From the NCBI GenBank assembly GCA_963725945.1, contig CAVSAW010000023.1, positions 16,867 through 80,866 on the forward strand: a stretch of DNA of 64,000 nt, given 5' to 3'. Source of the stretch: an uncultured Acidobacteriota bacterium (GTDB taxonomy: Bacteria; Acidobacteriota; Terriglobia; Terriglobales; Acidobacteriaceae). The notes under the pieces were generated by a model that worked only from the letters and a program-made list of their open reading frames with translations, was not told where the DNA came from and did not search any database. How positions within the stretch are numbered: the stretch's first letter is position 1; each line of letters opens with the position of its first letter. Positions 60,523-64,000 of this stretch are shown here, in pieces. A program made the position numbers and the translations under genes.

Positions 60523-61986
60523 TCAACGCTCTCGGCTTATGTGCTGCTTCAGGTTTCCCTCCGAATCCAGAAGGTCGACTGTGAGCGCCAGGGACCCATC
60601 TAAATGCGTTGCACAGCTTAAACACGGATCGAAGGAGCGGATCAGACCTTCCATCCGATTCAGCATGCCTTCGGTCACCTCGTGACCGGAGAGGTACGCA
60701 TCGGCAACCTGCTTGAGTCCATGGTTCATCGCCAGTGTGTTATGCGCCGTGGCCACAATAAGATTTGCGCCCGTCATCATGCCGTCGCTGTCAACCGTGT
60801 AATGGTGAATCAAGGTACCGCGCGGCGCTTCGATGATGCCTACACCCTCCCGTTCGTTTGCTCTGGCCTCGGCACGAATATCTTTATCGAGAATGTCAGG
60901 CTGCTGGAGGATCTGTTCCATCCGCTCGAGCGCAAAAATGATCTCAATCAGCCGCGCGTAGTGATTGTGAAATGAGCTCAAAGAAATCTCTTGATACGCA
61001 CTGCGAAATTCGTTCAGTGCCTCATCCGCCAATTGCGTACCACATTGGCGGGCCATGTTCAGCCGCGCTGCCGGCCCAACCCGATAGATGCCGTCCGGGA
61101 ATCCCAATGGCTTGTAGTAAGGCGCTTTCATGTAGCTGCTTGAATCGACAGATTCACCGACGTAATCCTGGTAGTCTCTGGGATGGATATTGTCGGCGAC
61201 GATGTTTCCATCCGCGTCAGCAAAGCGCAGCCAGCCTTCGTGACGCCTGCGGGAACCATAAAGACATAGGTTCCCATCCTTGCGGCCGATTGCCATGAAC
61301 ATGGTGGGAAAGTTGCCAAAGACGGCGACTTCATCGGTCAACTTCTCCATCATGTGCTTGAAGAATTCAAGGGTGCGCGTCGCGGTGGCGAGAGCCTCTG
61401 GAATCCCGCTCAGAATCTCATCCCGCACGGCAACAGTCAGCGGTGAGGTCACTCCTCCGTGTACGATCCAGGGAGTGTGAATTCGTTTGCCGCCCAACAG
61501 GTCAATTGCATGTTGACCCCACTTCCGCAGTCGAATACCGCTCACAGCCACATCGGGATGTTTTTGCGCGAGGCCCAGAATGTTGCGTTCTGAAGGGTCG
61601 GCGTCCCAGCCCATGAGGAAGTCAGGTGAGGAAAGGTAAAAAAAACTAAGTGCGTGCGATTGGACAATCTGTGCGAGATGAACCACTCGGCGAAGCATTT
61701 CCGCTGCTTCCGGAATGCGAAGCCCCATGATGGCGTCGCACGCCTTCGCGCCTGCAAGCAGGTGGCTCACTGGGCAAATGCCGCAGATGCGTGCCGTGAG
61801 CGAGGGCATTTCATAGAATGGCCGTCCCTCGCAAAACTTTTCAAACCCACGAAACTGAAGCACATGAAGATGCGCGTCTTGCACGACGCCATGGTCATCG
61901 AGCTGGATAGTGATCCTTCCGTGGCCTTCCACCCTTGTGATTCCATCAATCCGAATGGTCCGCATTCGCTTGCTCCTAGTTGCCAA
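60523..61986 (-). CDS. hoxH: Group 3d NiFe hydrogenase large subunit
   Basis: [17 protein letters not shown] (L1), [17 protein letters not shown] (L2) plus a cleavable tail. Confidence 0.93.
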   Translation of the reverse strand: MATRSKRMRTIRIDGITRVEGHGRITIQLDDHGVVQDAHLHVLQFRGFEKFCEGRPFYEMPSLTARICGICPVSHLLAGAKACDAIMGLRIPEAAEMLRRVVHLAQIVQSHALSFFYLSSPDFLMGWDADPSERNILGLAQKHPDVAVSGIRLRKWGQHAIDLLGGKRIHTPWIVHGGVTSPLTVAVRDEILSGIPEALATATRTLEFFKHMMEKLTDEVAVFGNFPTMFMAIGRKDGNLCLYGSRRRHEGWLRFADADGNIVADNIHPRDYQDYVGESVDSSSYMKAPYYKPLGFPDGIYRVGPAARLNMARQCGTQLADEALNEFRSAYQEISLSSFHNHYARLIEIIFALERMEQILQQPDILDKDIRAEARANEREGVGIIEAPRGTLIHHYTVDSDGMMTGANLIVATAHNTLAMNHGLKQVADAYLSGHEVTEGMLNRMEGLIRSFDPCLSCATHLDGSLALTVDLLDSEGNLKQHISRER

Positions 61987-62512
61987 AGTGGCTTCGCGTC
62001 GCCAGATCAGGTACGCGTCCAGCGAGCAATTCGCTCAGTACGAAATAGATCAGCCCTGCAGATGGTGGGCACCCAGGCACGAAGAGATCCACTGAAACCA
62101 GCTCATGCAGCGGGATTACCTTGGGTTCCAGCTTTGGAACTTGGTGGTTCGGCGCTCCCTGATGAGCAGTTGCGTTTTCGACATAGCCCCGATTCAGCAC
62201 GTCTTCGAGAACGAAGTTATTGCGCATCGCGGGTACATTGCCAGTTACACTGCAATCACCCAGCGCAACCAGCAGTTTGGTTTTGCCACGGACCTTCTTG
62301 ATCTTTTCCGTGTCCTCATCGCTCGCAATTGCGCCCTCAACCAGGGTGACATCCACGTTGTCCGGAAACTCCTTGGCATCCACGACGGGGCTGTACACCA
62401 GTTCAATTTTGCCGGCAATCTCAAGCAACCGCTCATCCATATCAAGAAGAGACATATGGCAGCCCGAGCATCCATCCAGCCACAGCGTCGCAATCCGAGC
62501 TTTCTCCATCAC
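61976..62512 (-). CDS. hoxY: Hydrogenase small subunit
   Basis: WLDGCSGCHMS, VEGA, GDC, PGCPP. Confidence 0.93.
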   Translation of the reverse strand: MMEKARIATLWLDGCSGCHMSLLDMDERLLEIAGKIELVYSPVVDAKEFPDNVDVTLVEGAIASDEDTEKIKKVRGKTKLLVALGDCSVTGNVPAMRNNFVLEDVLNRGYVENATAHQGAPNHQVPKLEPKVIPLHELVSVDLFVPGCPPSAGLIYFVLSELLAGRVPDLATRSHFGN

Positions 62513-63231
62513 TTTGCCTCCCCGCGCATTTGGAGGAGATAAGGCAAGAAGAATGGCTTTGTCATCTCCGATACGGCCTTACCCTTTTCGACGAGTGCGC
62601 CAACTGGGCAAACGCTGATGCATTTGCCGCAACTGGTGCACGTCTCCGAGTCTCCCCAAGGCTCTCCGAGATCGGTGATCATCCGGGAGCTAATGCCCCG
62701 GCCGGTGATGTCCCAGGTATGAGCGCCTTCTACTTCGGCACACACACGCATGCAGCGACCGCAAAGGATGCATCGATTATGGTCGGCGACAAAACGACGG
62801 TGTGTTCCATCTGTCGCGCATTTGATATGCAGATACGGCAAGGTCACATGGTCGACTCCGAGTTTCTGCGCCAAGGCCTGCAATTCGCAGTGGCCGGAGG
62901 ATACGCACACCGCGCACACGTGGTTACGCTCGGTGAGCAGGAACTCGACGATCAGCTTGCGGAATTCGAGCAACTGCGGCGAATGCGCCGTGACCTCCAT
63001 TCCTTCCTGAGCCTGTGTCATGCAGGCGGGCAAAAGTTTGCTGCTGCCTTTGACCTCGACGACACACAACCGGCAGGCACCAATTCCTCGAAGTCCGTCA
63101 AAGTGGCATAAGGTTGGGATTTCAATGCCGTTCTCGCGAGCCACCTCGAGTAGAGTCTGATGTTCGGATGCACAGACTTCCTTGCCGTCGATCGTGAGCG
63201 TCTTTACCTGGTATTGACTTCGCTCTGGCAT
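62509..63231 (-). CDS. hoxU: Diaphorase Fe-S subunit
   Basis: IPTLC, GACRLC.VE, H.CAVC..SG.CELQ, RCILCGRC.RVC, CTSCGKC...CP. Confidence 0.93.
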   Translation of the reverse strand: MPERSQYQVKTLTIDGKEVCASEHQTLLEVARENGIEIPTLCHFDGLRGIGACRLCVVEVKGSSKLLPACMTQAQEGMEVTAHSPQLLEFRKLIVEFLLTERNHVCAVCVSSGHCELQALAQKLGVDHVTLPYLHIKCATDGTHRRFVADHNRCILCGRCMRVCAEVEGAHTWDITGRGISSRMITDLGEPWGDSETCTSCGKCISVCPVGALVEKGKAVSEMTKPFFLPYLLQMRGEAK

Positions 63232-63245
63232 CTATCGCCTCCCCC

Positions 63246-64000
63246 TCACCTTCCTACCGCCGTCGCCGGAGCCTTGGAGCAAGCACACCTTCCTTGCGCG
63301 CAGGTCTTGCTCTCGATATGTTCGATGTATTCGTTTCGGAAATACTTTAATGTGCTACTGACTGGATTCGGCGCGGTCTGGCCTAGGCCGCACAGCGCCG
63401 TGCGTTTGACCATGACTCCGACGCGCTCCAATGTGTCCAGGTCTTCCAGCCGCCCATGGCCGTCGCAGATTCGTTCCAGCAAACTATGCAGATGCGTGGT
63501 GCCGATCCGGCACGGAATGCATTTGCCGCAGGATTCGTCGCGCGTGAAGTCCATGAAGAACTTTGCCACGTCAACCATGCAGGCAGTCTCATCCATCACA
63601 ATCAAGCCGCCGGAGCCCATGATGGAGCCCACAGACGTCAACGACTCATAGTCCACACTCATATCGAGAAACTGCTCCGGGATGCATCCGCCCGATGGGC
63701 CCCCGGTTTGAACCGCCTTGAATTTGCGATTTCCGGGGATCCCTCCGCCCAATTTGTACACAAGGTCGCGCAGTTTGATGCCCATCGGGACTTCAAGCAA
63801 GCCGGTGTTATTTACGTCGCCAACGAGGGCGAATACCTTTGTCCCTTTGCTCTTGTCCGTACCTATGGAGGAGAACCAGTCGGCGCCCTTGCGCACAATC
63901 GGCGGGATATTGGCAAACGTCTCCACGTTATTCAACAGCGTGGGGCAATGGTTCAGTCCCGAATAGGCAGGAAACGGGGGCCGGGGTGTCGGTACGCCGC
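63246..64000 (-). CDS. hoxF: Diaphorase flavoprotein subunit (NuoF-like), 5'-truncated by the window edge
   Basis: [37 protein letters not shown]. Confidence 0.92.
   Translation of the reverse strand, partial: GVPTPRPPFPAYSGLNHCPTLLNNVETFANIPPIVRKGADWFSSIGTDKSKGTKVFALVGDVNNTGLLEVPMGIKLRDLVYKLGGGIPGNRKFKAVQTGGPSGGCIPEQFLDMSVDYESLTSVGSIMGSGGLIVMDETACMVDVAKFFMDFTRDESCGKCIPCRIGTTHLHSLLERICDGHGRLEDLDTLERVGVMVKRTALCGLGQTAPNPVSSTLKYFRNEYIEHIESKTCAQGRCACSKAPATAVGR

Noticed and set aside
1..64000. CRISPR array, prophage, integrase or IS transposase
   Set aside because: No regularly spaced repeat-spacer array and no recognisable mobility or phage genes were seen; the tRNA-Gln has no adjacent integrase.

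Overview
GC-rich bacterial chromosomal window. The gene content (PadR plus ADOP permease, acidobacterial-type secreted proteins, DUF4252-linked ECF sigma factor) points to Acidobacteriota, probably Terriglobia; this is an inference. Most of it is housekeeping or metabolic: HU, ruvA, kbl/tdh, pabBC, trpB2, a Mo-oxidoreductase, GH2, GH29, mutM, purA, a dinB-like polymerase, gluQ, ispE-tRNA-Gln-prs-rplY-pth-rpsF-rpsR-rplI, and a hoxFUYH NiFe hydrogenase. Many single-base frameshifts fall in essential genes and look like assembly errors. The main find is an unannotated, densely base-paired ~550-nt minus-strand RNA at about 27793-28339. It has its own extended -10 promoter, its 5' domain resembles OLE RNA as I recall that sequence, and it lies directly upstream of a gene encoding an Arg/Lys-rich disordered arm fused to an atypical receiver domain. 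Other finds are two tandem leaderless secreted poly-His micropeptides, a 31-bp element shared by the yceI and pirin promoters, a Cys-rich small membrane protein, a GIY-YIG remnant flanked by REP-like repeats, and a tandem duplication with a patch that looks like gene conversion. All family assignments come from motif recognition; no database searches were run.
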